A stretch of 64,000 nt of DNA from Candidatus Onthoplasma sp. (GCA_051883515.1 JBJETW010000008.1:9662-73661), one strand, 5' to 3'; positions 1-10,189 are shown, numbered from the stretch's first letter. Numbers and translations are program-made. Notes: generated from the letters alone by a model not told the origin.

Positions 1-1114
1 CACGCCATGCGTTGAAATTTTTTGTTTTAAAAATCTTGATTAATTGTTTTTGAAAATAATTAAATTTATTTTCATTATCTTTTATTATTTCAAATTTATC
101 CAAAACAATTTGAGAAAGACAAACAAACACGCTTTTTTGCAATTCAATTTCACGATGTCTCAGTCTATAATAAATTTGCCCTGATGCTTGATATAAAAGA
201 CGTTTGAAATGCAAATCAGAAAAGTTAATTTTAAATTTATCAAAATTATTTTCAACTTCATTCAAAACAAAGTAAGAGTCCAAGAGTTTTGGTGACCTTC
301 TGGCAGATTGAGTTATACTATTTGGATTTATATTGTAGTTGTATGCTAAAAAATTAATCAGTTTTGTTTTAAATGATGGCAAAATGACCAAATCCGAAAT
401 GATATCTTCAAACCAAAAATTAAGAGGAAATTTGATGTTTTCAAATATTTCCCTTTTATAAATTTTCCCCCACATAAATCCATATTCTAAGTTAAATTTA
501 GAAGCATTTTCAGGGGAGATTAATTTTGATTTATAATATGGTTTGTTGTTCGCAGTTCGACAATATCTAGCTTGAATTATGTCATAATTTGGAAACGAAA
601 CTGCCTCGTCCAATAGCGTTTGAATTGAATTTGGCTTAAGAGTGTCATCGCTGTCAACAAACATTATATGTCTGCCAACAGACTCAACAATGCCAATATT
701 TCTTGCTTTGCTTGGACCGCCATTTGTTGTGTGGAAAACGCGAACAAGAGAATTGGTTTTTGCAATTTCATCACAAAGTTGAGCACTACTATCTGTGGAA
801 CCATCATCAACCAAAATGATTTCATAAGTGTAAGATGTGTCTTGCATTAAGGAATCAACACAAGATTTAATGTATTTTTCCACATTGTAAACAGGCACAA
901 TAATAGACAAGTCTAAACGGGGCTCAGACTTAAATTTTTCGTTATAATTTGTTTCAACAATTTTCGTTTTATTAATTGAGATGAGATAGTTATTTGCTTG
1001 TTCAAAGGTTGGAAGATTTTTTGTTTTATAAAGTTTTTGAAAGCAAAAATATTTTAATTTGTTTGCGAATTTATAAATATTTTTTATTCCTGATTTTATC
1101 TTAAATTTTAACAT
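1..1114 (-). CDS. GT2-family glycosyltransferase, partial (runs off the window start; not in the ORF track)
   Basis: Manual translation from ATG at 1114 (RBS GAGGA) gives ...DLSIIVPVYNVEKYIKSCVDSL...EIILVDDGSTD...ARNIG...FVDSDD. The frame is open where I checked it, including at position 2. Confidence 0.88.
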   Translation of the reverse strand, partial: MLKFKIKSGIKNIYKFANKLKYFCFQKLYKTKNLPTFEQANNYLISINKTKIVETNYNEKFKSEPRLDLSIIVPVYNVEKYIKSCVDSLMQDTSYTYEIILVDDGSTDSSAQLCDEIAKTNSLVRVFHTTNGGPSKARNIGIVESVGRHIMFVDSDDTLKPNSIQTLLDEAVSFPNYDIIQARYCRTANNKPYYKSKLISPENASKFNLEYGFMWGKIYKREIFENIKFPLNFWFEDIISDLVILPSFKTKLINFLAYNYNINPNSITQSARRSPKLLDSYFVLNEVENNFDKFKINFSDLHFKRLLYQASGQIYYRLRHREIELQKSVFVCLSQIVLDKFEIIKDNENKFNYFQKQLIKIFKTKNFNAWR

Positions 1115-1294
1115 TTATTCCTCATAATTTGCTATGCAATTATTAATTGTTTAAATTATACAAAATAAAATTTACAAAAACAATTAAATTCGCTCATTAT
1201 TTGTCAATTATTTGCTTAATCGAGTTAAATATGATAATATTTATTATAAGAAACAAACAATTTTCCAAATAATTTAATTGTTCAAGGGGATAGT

Positions 1295-2323
1295 GTGGAA
1301 GACAAAATTAGCGTTATAGTTCCAATATATAAGGTTGAGAAATATCTAAGAAAATGCATAGATTCAATCATCAATCAGACATATAAAAATCTGGAAATCA
1401 TTCTTGTCGATGATGGCAGTCCAGACAATTGCCCAGTGATATGCGATGAATATGCAAAATTAGACAACCGCATAAAAGTTATTCACAAACGAAATGGCGG
1501 ACTTATGCAAGCATGGATTGATGGAGTTAATCAATCAAGCGGTGATTACATTTATTTTATAGATAGCGATGACTGGATAGAATTAAACTCTATCACTATT
1601 TATATGGATATAATAAAAAAATATCATCCAGATATAATATTGAATGACTATTTTATTACAACTGATAAAAATAAAAGGGTGGGAAAAGCATACGATTATA
1701 ATTTTACAGGATATGCAGACAAACAAGAAACATCAAAATTTAAACAACAATTTATAAATGCTAAAACAAAAATAATGTATTATAGATGGAATAAAATTTT
1801 CAAAAGGAATATTATTTTAAACAATCTTAAACATCTTGATACCAGGATAACAAAATTAGAGGATTTTAATATTGTTTTACCAACAATAATAGACGCACAA
1901 ACATTATATTTTATGCATAATCCAACATATAACTACTACGTTAGGCAAAACTCAATGATAAGAGAAAAATTCCAAGAAAAAGATTTGGAAAATTTTACTT
2001 ATGTATTAAAGCAAATGTATAAAATATTAATCGATAAAAAAGTGGAATATAAAAGTTTTGTGTCAGACTTTAATATGTGGTTAATAATTGATCAAGTAAA
2101 GAATATTTTTGATTCAAATACAAACAAATATAAATCATTAGATAAATTAAAGAATTCATATATTGTAGAAAATCCTTTTAAGGAATTTGTTTTGCTTAAC
2201 GCAAAAAAACGTAGAAAATTCTTCTATAAAGCTCTTATTAAACGTCGTTATTTCACTTTAAAGCTATGCTGTTTAGCAATAAAAATAAAACAAAATTTAA
2301 TAAAAATGGGAGATAATAAATGA
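1295..2323 (+). CDS. GT2-family glycosyltransferase
   Basis: ISVIVPIYKVEKYL, ILVDDGSPD and FIDSDD (DXD) motifs; GTG start after RBS AAGGGGA. Confidence 0.92.
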   Translation: MEDKISVIVPIYKVEKYLRKCIDSIINQTYKNLEIILVDDGSPDNCPVICDEYAKLDNRIKVIHKRNGGLMQAWIDGVNQSSGDYIYFIDSDDWIELNSITIYMDIIKKYHPDIILNDYFITTDKNKRVGKAYDYNFTGYADKQETSKFKQQFINAKTKIMYYRWNKIFKRNIILNNLKHLDTRITKLEDFNIVLPTIIDAQTLYFMHNPTYNYYVRQNSMIREKFQEKDLENFTYVLKQMYKILIDKKVEYKSFVSDFNMWLIIDQVKNIFDSNTNKYKSLDKLKNSYIVENPFKEFVLLNAKKRRKFFYKALIKRRYFTLKLCCLAIKIKQNLIKMGDNK

Positions 2324-3339
2324 GACAGAAGATAGTGTCAACGCTTGCAAAAATTAAAATGTTTTTTGATTATTTTTTTATTAAAAAGAAATTGAATAAT
2401 CCCAAATATACTCATATTTACATAGGTTCACCATCTCACGATAATTTAGGCGATCATCAAATTAGAAATTCTTCAATTGAGTTATTAAAATCAATGAATA
2501 TTAAATTTATTGAGATGACATATGATATGTATTATTTTTATTTTCATCATATTATTCCGATGCCATATATAAAAACTATATGTTTGCAAGGTGGCGGAAA
2601 TCTTGGAGATGAATATTTAGATGATGTAATTTTACGAGATGAAATAGTCAGGATTTATAAAGACAAGAAAATTATAGTTTTCCCTTCTAGTATATACTTT
2701 AAAGACGAAAGTGACAGTGGCGAAATACAAATTACAAAGAAAATATTTTCAAATCATAAAAATCTATTTTTGTTTGCGAGAGATAGCAAAAGTTATGAAA
2801 TTATGAAAACCATATTTCCTAACAATCATGTAAAGCTTGTGCCAGATATTGTTATGGATACAAACTATACTAAAAAATATAAATCAAAAAGAAACAATTC
2901 AATTCTTTTCTTATTTCGAAGTGATAGAGAAAAGAAAATATCCAAATCAACTTTAGAAACTATTAAATTGACATTATCAAAAGAATTTAAAATAGTTGAT
3001 TCTGATACAATTGCTCCAATTCATACTTACGATATAGCAAGAAATAAAGAATTAAGAAAGTTATTGAAGAAAATAGCAAAATCAAGTTGTGTCATAACGG
3101 ATAGACTTCATGGCATGATTTTTTCAGCGATAACAAGTACACCATGCATTGTTACATCAAATTATAATCATAAAATTAAAACAGCTTACAATGATTGGTT
3201 AAAAGAATTTGAATTTATAAAATTTTGTGATAATATAAACAAAGATACAATATTAGAAGAAGTTAAAAACTTAATAAATACAAATCAACAATGGTCAGGC
3301 TTATCAAATAAATTTGATGAATTAAAGAAAGAATTATAA
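2320..3339 (+). CDS. Polysaccharide pyruvyl transferase family protein
   Basis: NLGDH, QGGGNLGD, ARD..S, VPDIV and ITDRLHGMIFS motifs. Confidence 0.88.
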   Translation: MRQKIVSTLAKIKMFFDYFFIKKKLNNPKYTHIYIGSPSHDNLGDHQIRNSSIELLKSMNIKFIEMTYDMYYFYFHHIIPMPYIKTICLQGGGNLGDEYLDDVILRDEIVRIYKDKKIIVFPSSIYFKDESDSGEIQITKKIFSNHKNLFLFARDSKSYEIMKTIFPNNHVKLVPDIVMDTNYTKKYKSKRNNSILFLFRSDREKKISKSTLETIKLTLSKEFKIVDSDTIAPIHTYDIARNKELRKLLKKIAKSSCVITDRLHGMIFSAITSTPCIVTSNYNHKIKTAYNDWLKEFEFIKFCDNINKDTILEEVKNLINTNQQWSGLSNKFDELKKEL

Positions 3340-3352
3340 ATTAATTGGACAA

Positions 3353-4909
3353 TTGAAAGTGTACGCAGGTAGAAAATTACATAGTATTAGAAATTTAATA
3401 TTTGGAATCATATATCAAGTTATAAATTTGATATTATCTTTTGTATGTAGAACTTTATTGATTTGGAAATTAGGCAATGGCATTCTTGGTATTAATTCCC
3501 TTTATAGCAATATTTTAACTTTATTATCTTTAGCAGAATTGGGAATTTCAAATGTTTTCTTATTTAAATTGTATAAACCTATAGCAGAAGGAGATGACGA
3601 ATTATTAAGTCAATACATGCGATTTTATAAGAAGGTTTATAACATTATTGCGTTAGTAGTATGTATTTTAGGCTTATTATTTATTCCATTTTTAAAGTAT
3701 ATAGTTTCAAATGATGTAGTTATTTCAAATAGTGATTTAATAATTTATTATTTACTATTTTTAACAAGCACAGTAGTGAGTTATTTTTTGGTTTATAAAC
3801 AAATGCTCATAAATGCAAACCAAGATTTATATATATTAAAAATTGTTAACTTGATTACATTAATTGTACAAACAGTTTTAAGAATAATCTTTTTAATTGT
3901 TTATCCAAATTATAAAATTTATATTATTATTGAAATCATTTCTGTACTATTATCAAATTTAGTCCTACATTTTTATGTTGATAAAAAATTTCCACAATTA
4001 AAAAGATATAGAACAAATTTGTCCAAAGAAAATAAAAAAGATTTAATAATTAAGGTGAAAGATACTTTTTTATATAGATTAGGTGGAGTTTTAATAACTA
4101 ACACAGATAGTATAATAATATCTTCAGTATTAAGCACATTATTAGTTGGTTATTTATCAAACTATAATTTAATAATCACTGCAATTAATGGGATTGTGTC
4201 GGTTATTACTAATGCATTATTTTCAAGTGTTGGCAATTTGGCACTAGAACACAATAGCGTAAAAAGTAAGCAAATATTTAATGTAATGTTGTTAATTTAT
4301 CAATATATAGGTTGCTTTTGTGCTATTGGTATGCTTTGTACATTTAATGACTTTATAACAATGTGGTTAAAGAGTCCAGAATTTTTATTAGACTTTTCAG
4401 TGGTTTTTGCATTATGTGCTAATTTTTATCTTACAACAGTCATTTCACCTGTATATATATTCAGAGAAAATAATGGACTTTTTGCGAAAGTAAAGTATCT
4501 TCTATTGATTGCGGCAGCAATTAATATTGTGACAAGTGTGATTTTGGCACAATTATTAGGGCTTTTAGGAGTAATACTTGGAACTATTATTTGTAGATTA
4601 TTGACTACAATAATATTTGAGCCACCAATCTTATATAAAGAAGTATTCAAATCAAGTCCCAAAGAATATTTCTTTAAACAACTTAAAGCATTTATAATTA
4701 CTATTATTGTTGGCGCTACTATATACTTTATTAACAAATTAATTCCAATTGGATTCGGATATTTTATATTAAAAATTATTATCACATTTTTAATTGTGTC
4801 AATTGCTTTCACCATAGCGTATTGTAAAACGTCTGAATACAAATATATCAAAAATTTAATTAAGGAATTGTTCGCTAAATTAAAAAACAATAATAAAAAA
4901 AGAACATAA
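3353..4909 (+). CDS. Wzx-type polysaccharide flippase (MOP superfamily)
   Basis: About 12-14 hydrophobic segments, LAELGI motif, last gene of a GT cluster. Confidence 0.85.
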   Translation: MKVYAGRKLHSIRNLIFGIIYQVINLILSFVCRTLLIWKLGNGILGINSLYSNILTLLSLAELGISNVFLFKLYKPIAEGDDELLSQYMRFYKKVYNIIALVVCILGLLFIPFLKYIVSNDVVISNSDLIIYYLLFLTSTVVSYFLVYKQMLINANQDLYILKIVNLITLIVQTVLRIIFLIVYPNYKIYIIIEIISVLLSNLVLHFYVDKKFPQLKRYRTNLSKENKKDLIIKVKDTFLYRLGGVLITNTDSIIISSVLSTLLVGYLSNYNLIITAINGIVSVITNALFSSVGNLALEHNSVKSKQIFNVMLLIYQYIGCFCAIGMLCTFNDFITMWLKSPEFLLDFSVVFALCANFYLTTVISPVYIFRENNGLFAKVKYLLLIAAAINIVTSVILAQLLGLLGVILGTIICRLLTTIIFEPPILYKEVFKSSPKEYFFKQLKAFIITIIVGATIYFINKLIPIGFGYFILKIIITFLIVSIAFTIAYCKTSEYKYIKNLIKELFAKLKNNNKKRT

Positions 4910-4921
4910 GTAGTTCTTTTT

Positions 4922-5722
4922 TTATTTATTTTTTTCGTAGAGATTGTAAATATAAGATTTTGTGAGATTGTATTTTGTTTTAAGCAAATGCATTGCGTCA
5001 TTTTTGTTCATTTCTTTTAACAACAATTTTAACTCGTTTAAAAGTTCACTGTCTTTTGGTTGCGTTTTTATTTCTTTTCCTTGCTCAACAACAAGAACAT
5101 ATTCGCCTTTTGGCTCAGTTAATTCAAATGGAAGTTCAACAATTTCACAGTTTTCATGAAGTTTTGTAATTTCACTTACAATTGCAACACGAGTGACACC
5201 AAGACTATTGTAGAGTGAATTAAGGTCTTTGTTGATGTTATATTTTGATGAGTAAATTATTTTTGTTCCGCAAAAATTTTTGATATCTTCAAGTTGTGCT
5301 TTAAGTTCTTTGTTTTTTTCGCTCAAAAATCCAAAGAATGCAAATTTGTTGGCATCAAAACCGGATAGGACCAATGCGCACAATCCTGCATTCGCGCCAG
5401 GGATAATTGTAAATTTTATATTTTGCTCCACCAATTTTTGCGCCAAGACATTACCTGGGTCGCTTATTACTGGCATTCCCGCGTCGCTCATAACTGCTAC
5501 ATTTTTACCATCTTTTAAAAGTGCAATAATACCATCTGCACTATTTTGCTCATTAAATTTGTGATACGCAATTGTTTTGGCTTTTATTTCATAATGGTCA
5601 AGCAAAATTTTTGAATGTCTTGTGTCTTCACAAGCAATAACATCACAAGAGCGTAGCGTCTCAATGGCACGCAAACTAAAGTCATTTAAATTTCCAATTG
5701 GCGTTGCAACAAAATATAACAT
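4922..5722 (-). CDS. rsmI: 16S rRNA (C1402-2'-O)-methyltransferase
   Basis: LYFVATPIGNL, ACEDTRHS, SDAGMPVISDPG and KGEYVLVV motifs. Confidence 0.95.
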   Translation of the reverse strand: MLYFVATPIGNLNDFSLRAIETLRSCDVIACEDTRHSKILLDHYEIKAKTIAYHKFNEQNSADGIIALLKDGKNVAVMSDAGMPVISDPGNVLAQKLVEQNIKFTIIPGANAGLCALVLSGFDANKFAFFGFLSEKNKELKAQLEDIKNFCGTKIIYSSKYNINKDLNSLYNSLGVTRVAIVSEITKLHENCEIVELPFELTEPKGEYVLVVEQGKEIKTQPKDSELLNELKLLLKEMNKNDAMHLLKTKYNLTKSYIYNLYEKNK

Positions 5723-5723
5723 T

Positions 5724-6056
5724 TCAATTCTCCATATAATTTACAGGTTTATTGGTCATTTTGGCATATTCAATTTCAGATTTTGTGCTTTCGCCAATAT
5801 AACCATTTTTATTGATTACAAAAATCTCATCAGATAAATCAATTTTTCGTTTGTGCATGTCGTCTAGCATAATTTTTGTCTTTGTTTTGGTCCCTTCGTC
5901 CATATTTTCCCATACTTCATTGTCTCCAGAATGACCAAACAATCCCACAGATATGACAATGTTTCCGGCAAGGGTAAGTTCTTTTTGAACACGCATAAAA
6001 TCGTCTTTAAATTTTGTTGAACCGCATAGTGTGATAATTTTGTATCCATTAATCAT
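5724..6056 (-). CDS. Small flavodoxin/NDT-like fold protein (DUF4406-like), function unknown
   Basis: ITLCGSTKF, HKRKIDLSDEIFVIN..GYIGEST..EIEYA motifs; own RBS GGAG. Confidence 0.6.
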   Translation of the reverse strand: MINGYKIITLCGSTKFKDDFMRVQKELTLAGNIVISVGLFGHSGDNEVWENMDEGTKTKTKIMLDDMHKRKIDLSDEIFVINKNGYIGESTKSEIEYAKMTNKPVNYMEN

Positions 6057-6066
6057 AAACGTCTCC

Positions 6067-6735
6067 TTAATTTTTACTTATTCTAACACCGGGGTGTGCA
6101 TTTTTAACCGCTTCAATGAGCACGAGATAGGCGTCTTTGTCTCCATTAAACACAAATTTCATCTGCTTAACTTCGATGTTGTATTTTGAACAAAGAGTGA
6201 CAATTTCGGTTGAACGAGAAGCAATATGAACCATGTATAGGCGACCTTTATCTTTTAATAATTCGCTAGATTTTTTAATTATATCTTCAAGAGTCGCTTC
6301 AATTTCATGTTTCGCAATGGCAATTTCACGCTTTTCATTAATTTTGCTGTTTGGAGAAAGTTTTTGATATGGTGGATTGCAAATGATGACATCTAATGGT
6401 TTTTTAAAGTCTTTTGGCGATAAATCTTTTAAGTTGCAATTGAAAATTTTACTCCTTCTTTTAAATCCATTAAAAGCAATATTTTCTTCAATAATCTCGC
6501 ACATTTCAGGTTGTATTTCATTGAAATAAAGGTTATTAAAAGGGTGGAGAGAGTAGGCATAAAAAGAAATCACACCACTTCCAGCGCAAAGTTCAAGAAC
6601 GGCATCAGTATGTTTTATATTGCAAAATTTAGCAAGAAGTATTGCATCTTGCGTGAACTTATAGAAATTGTCACTTTGGTAAATCGAAATGCCATTGTCA
6701 AAGTGTTCAAGTTTAAAATTATCAATTTTGCTCAT
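6067..6735 (-). CDS. tRNA1(Val) A37 N6-methyltransferase-like (YabB/TrmN family)
   Basis: VLELCAGSGVI SAM motif, IICNPPY, AIAKHEI; canonical position between yaaT and rsmI. Confidence 0.85.
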   Translation of the reverse strand: MSKIDNFKLEHFDNGISIYQSDNFYKFTQDAILLAKFCNIKHTDAVLELCAGSGVISFYAYSLHPFNNLYFNEIQPEMCEIIEENIAFNGFKRRSKIFNCNLKDLSPKDFKKPLDVIICNPPYQKLSPNSKINEKREIAIAKHEIEATLEDIIKKSSELLKDKGRLYMVHIASRSTEIVTLCSKYNIEVKQMKFVFNGDKDAYLVLIEAVKNAHPGVRISKN

Positions 6736-6756
6736 AAAAAGTTGTCCTTAGTTTGA

Positions 6757-7584
6757 TTAATAATAGTTATTTTTTTGTTTTTCTTTAGAGTTGTCCTTTC
6801 CAAGTTTGATTTCAGACAAAGGATAAGTTTTTAATTCTGTTATGTCATCTTTTTGGAATGACACTGTCACGGTTTCACGCAAAAAATCTGTTGATTGTAC
6901 GCTTCCTTTTCCATCAGGGGTGGTGACAAAAATCCCAATTTTTGGCATTTTCTTTTGCATTTCAGCATAATATTCGTCTTCATATTTTAAACAACACAAC
7001 AATCTTCCACACATGCCATTGATGCGAGTTGGGTTTAGTGAAATATTTTGATTTTTTGCCATTTTGATGCTAACTTTATCAAAATCTTTTAAAAAAGATT
7101 TGCAACATGTTTCTCTTCCGCAAACACCCATTGCACCGATATGTTTTGATTCATCACGATTTCCAATTTGTTTCATTTCAATTCTGGCTTTGTATTTTGA
7201 ACCAAGAATTTTAATAAGTTCTCTAAAATCTACACGTTCGTCTGACGTGTAATTTACTGTTATTTTTGATTTGTCCAACGAAACGGCAACAAAAGCAATT
7301 TTCATATCCAAATTGAGATTGTTTACTTGTTGTTTGATTTCTGGCAAAATTGATTTTGCGAATCGGCAGTTTTCACAATTGGCTTTGATGTCTTCTGGTG
7401 TTGCGATGCGAACAATTTCAACAAATTCAATCAAATCTGTTGTGTCAGTTGTTCCGACAATCACTCCCAAATCTAGTTGAGAGTTTGATGAGAAAACAAC
7501 CCTTTCTCCTTTTTTATATTCGTCTGATTTCATGGCATAGACATGAGAAGACGTGTTTGAAACAAGAATTTCAATTACTTGCAT
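6757..7584 (-). CDS. ricT: RicT/YaaT (PSP1 domain) regulatory Fe-S protein
   Basis: RVDFRELIK, RIEMKQIGNRDE, CGRETCC and CGRLLCCLKYE motifs. Confidence 0.92.
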   Translation of the reverse strand: MQVIEILVSNTSSHVYAMKSDEYKKGERVVFSSNSQLDLGVIVGTTDTTDLIEFVEIVRIATPEDIKANCENCRFAKSILPEIKQQVNNLNLDMKIAFVAVSLDKSKITVNYTSDERVDFRELIKILGSKYKARIEMKQIGNRDESKHIGAMGVCGRETCCKSFLKDFDKVSIKMAKNQNISLNPTRINGMCGRLLCCLKYEDEYYAEMQKKMPKIGIFVTTPDGKGSVQSTDFLRETVTVSFQKDDITELKTYPLSEIKLGKDNSKEKQKNNYY

Positions 7585-8498
7585 AAATATTTCTCCTTTA
7601 AAATGTTGAATAGAACCAAGTCAATGAGATAATAAAAGTTTACATTGGCGGTCTGTTTTTTGTAAGCATTTTCAATTATTTCCACAATTTTTGAAATTGC
7701 GATTGGTGAGTAGTTGACTTTTATGAATGTTGTCAATTTTTCATCATATTTATTTGTTTTGCTCAAACAATTTAAGAATATGTCTTGAAGCATAGGGAAG
7801 AAAAGGTCCTTGTCAAAATCTTTCATTTTTGAAACAACAATTGGAATATCTTGACTTGATTTTAATTCAGTCAACACTTGTTTTATTGTTCCAAAAGTGT
7901 TTATATAATTTTTGTCTGAGACCATGTTTATTGTTTCAGTTAAATTTAAATCAAGGTTGAGAATAGGCGATATGTCAACACCTTGTTTTAAAAGAAAAGG
8001 ACGCAAAATAAGTTTGTCATCAAATTCAAGTTTTGGCACATAAATTTTTTTCAGTCTTGATAAAATTGTTGGCAAAACCTTGTCAATTTTTGATGCTGAA
8101 AGGATAAAAATGTTGTTTTCATTTGGCTCTTCAAAAGATTTTAACAATTTATTTTGAGCAGTTTCATTCATATTTTCAGCGTTTAAAATCACGAAGATTT
8201 TATATTTATTTGAAATTGGTTTTGTTGCCAATTTTGATATGATTTTGTTTGCATCTTCAACTTTGATTGAATCTTGGTTGATAATCATTAAGTCAGGGTT
8301 GGACAAGTTGTCAAATTGTTTGCAAAAATCACAATGTCCGCATGCGGTTTTGTTTTCACAAAGCAATGATTTTGCAAATAAAAGTGCAATATTATTGTTA
8401 AGAATTCTATCATTTGAATAAAATATATATGCTTGACTTAAATTTTTGTTAAGTCCAAGAGAGTTATATAAATTTGTGTTTTTGATTGCTTCAATCAT
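7575..8498 (-). CDS. holB: DNA polymerase III delta-prime subunit
   Basis: Zn motif CENKTACGHCDFC, AQNKLLKSFEEP, PTILSR; upstream of ricT. Confidence 0.88.
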   Translation of the reverse strand: MIEAIKNTNLYNSLGLNKNLSQAYIFYSNDRILNNNIALLFAKSLLCENKTACGHCDFCKQFDNLSNPDLMIINQDSIKVEDANKIISKLATKPISNKYKIFVILNAENMNETAQNKLLKSFEEPNENNIFILSASKIDKVLPTILSRLKKIYVPKLEFDDKLILRPFLLKQGVDISPILNLDLNLTETINMVSDKNYINTFGTIKQVLTELKSSQDIPIVVSKMKDFDKDLFFPMLQDIFLNCLSKTNKYDEKLTTFIKVNYSPIAISKIVEIIENAYKKQTANVNFYYLIDLVLFNILKEKYLCK

Positions 8499-8533
8499 GT
8501 TTAGATTATAGCATATTGCACAAAATATTACAA
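8499..8533 (-). promoter_or_regulatory. sigmaA-type promoter, probably leaderless (holB)
   Basis: Minus strand TTGTAA-N17-TATAAT with extended TG, then 6 nt, then ATG at 8498; no RBS. Confidence 0.7.
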
Positions 8534-8604
8534 ATATTTAAAAAGCATTTGACAAAAGAAAAGAGCAAAGTTATAATTTGAATAAATAGTTTGGGGAGGA
8601 GAGT

Positions 8605-9129
8605 ATGAATTCAACGAAAAAAGGTTTTATTAAAGCGGGAACAATTTTATCAATTGTTATGTCTGCATTTTTGATTATAACAGGATTTGTTATGTTTGGG
8701 ATTTCAAGTTTAATTACTGAACAAAACTTGTATGAAGTGTATGAATCTCAAGCAGAGTATACAATAACAAATAATCCAGATGGCTCATACGAAATAACCT
8801 ACACAGACGAAAATGGAATCCTTCAAACAATCACTCAATCTGAATTGCAAACTGTTGCAAAAGTCGCAAAAAGCGCGGTTAATGTTTGTGCAGTTGTTAT
8901 TCTTGCTGGCGCAATCGCATCAATGACCGTTTCGATTTTGTTGCTTTCAAAAGTGAACAAGGGCAAGTCACAAACTGGTCTTATTATTGCTAACCTTGTT
9001 TTGGACATTTTGTTCGTTGGTTGGATATCAGCAGCATTTATGATTGTATCATTGTGTCTCAAAGACAATACACAAGATAAAAAACCAACCTTAGAGAACA
9101 TTGACACATTCGCAAACGACAATCAATAA
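8605..9129 (+). CDS. Hypothetical membrane protein (about 4 TM segments with an extracytoplasmic loop)
   Basis: Hydrophobic segments; RBS GGGGAGGAG; upstream TTGACA..TATAAT. Confidence 0.7.
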   Translation: MNSTKKGFIKAGTILSIVMSAFLIITGFVMFGISSLITEQNLYEVYESQAEYTITNNPDGSYEITYTDENGILQTITQSELQTVAKVAKSAVNVCAVVILAGAIASMTVSILLLSKVNKGKSQTGLIIANLVLDILFVGWISAAFMIVSLCLKDNTQDKKPTLENIDTFANDNQ

Positions 9130-9146
9130 ATACAAAATAATTGTTA

Positions 9147-9173
9147 AAAAAGCACGGATAATCCGTGCTTTTT
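9147..9173. terminator. Bidirectional intrinsic terminator
   Basis: AAAAA-GCACGGA-taa-TCCGTGC-TTTTT between convergent genes. Confidence 0.85.
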
Positions 9174-9184
9174 GTTTTAAATTA

Positions 9185-9658
9185 TTAAGCTTTGATTTTA
9201 ACAATTTTAAATTGATTTATTCCTGCTGGAGTTTTAACCATTGCAATTTCGCCAACTTTTTTGCCAATAAATGCAGAACCAACTGGAGAAGTGTTGCTAA
9301 TCAATCCGTTTAATGGGTCTGAATCGGTGTCACCAACAATTTTATATTCAACTGTTTGATTTGTCTTTAAATTTGTGACAGTCACTTTGCAACCAACAGA
9401 AACTTTCTTTGTGTCAATTTTTTTTGAATCAATGATTTCAACCGATTTAAGTTTGCTTTCAAGTTCAAAAATTTCAGATTCGACAATTGCTTGCTCTTCA
9501 CGTGCGATGTCATATTCACTGTTTTCGCTTAAATCACCATAACTTCTTGCTTCTGCAATTTTTGCTGCAACTTCTTGTCTTTTTGTTGATTTTAAATAAT
9601 CAAGTCTTTCTTTGGTTTTTTCATAACCCTCTTGTGTCATATATGTTTTGTTTTCCAT
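9185..9658 (-). CDS. greA: Transcription elongation factor GreA
   Basis: ARSYGDLSENSEYDIAREEQ and IS..SPVGSAFIGK motifs. Confidence 0.96.
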   Translation of the reverse strand: MENKTYMTQEGYEKTKERLDYLKSTKRQEVAAKIAEARSYGDLSENSEYDIAREEQAIVESEIFELESKLKSVEIIDSKKIDTKKVSVGCKVTVTNLKTNQTVEYKIVGDTDSDPLNGLISNTSPVGSAFIGKKVGEIAMVKTPAGINQFKIVKIKA

Positions 9659-9832
9659 AGTCTACTCCTAAAAAATAAAATGCAATAGATACCTATCGCA
9701 AATCATATGCTACATTATATCACTATAATTTGAAATTTGTCAACTAAATTTTATAATTAAGACAATTTTTGATTGACATATAGTAAATATATGTAAATTC
9801 ACACAATTTATTTCAAAATTTTAAATTTATTC

Positions 9833-10087
9833 TTAATTTCTTACAAGTTCAACAATGAATTTATCGAAAAGAACGCTTTCCACAAAATCATCAGGTCGGA
9901 AAACGCACATTTTAAACTTGTTAAAATCGTATACATGTTTATCCAACAAAACAGGGGTTGAGATGTTTAGTTTTTCGCACAAATCTTTCAACATATCAAA
10001 AAATGATGTTTTTGAAGCATCAACAGAAATGGTTTTATGTTTGATTATTTTATCTTGAACTAAAAGTTTTCCCCAAATTTTTATCAT
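9833..10087 (-). CDS. Conserved hypothetical protein (84 aa)
   Basis: Coding-like ORF preceded by TTGATT-N17-TAATAT-N6-ATG. Confidence 0.7.
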   Translation of the reverse strand: MIKIWGKLLVQDKIIKHKTISVDASKTSFFDMLKDLCEKLNISTPVLLDKHVYDFNKFKMCVFRPDDFVESVLFDKFIVELVRN

Positions 10088-10154
10088 GTAAATATATTAG
10101 AATAAATCAAAACAAAAATCAAGAAAATGCGAAAATAATTTTAACATTAAATTC

Positions 10155-10189
10155 TTGACTTTTAACCTGCAATTTTGTAGCATATTAAC
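10155..10189 (+). promoter_or_regulatory. sigmaA-type promoter, probably leaderless (DUF362 gene)
   Basis: TTGACT(10155)-N17-TAGCAT(10178)-attaac-ATG(10190); no RBS. Confidence 0.65.

Noticed and set aside
668-850. 60-aa plus-strand ORF
   Set aside because: Antisense shadow of the GT2 gene at 1-1114 on the minus strand.
4426-5001. 191-aa minus-strand ORF
   Set aside because: Antisense to wzx and out of frame with rsmI; no motifs and no RBS.
9773-9800. dif-like site (TATATGTAAAT arm)
   Set aside because: Only one arm loosely resembles the XerD/CodV consensus; AT-rich chance or a promoter fragment explains it equally well.
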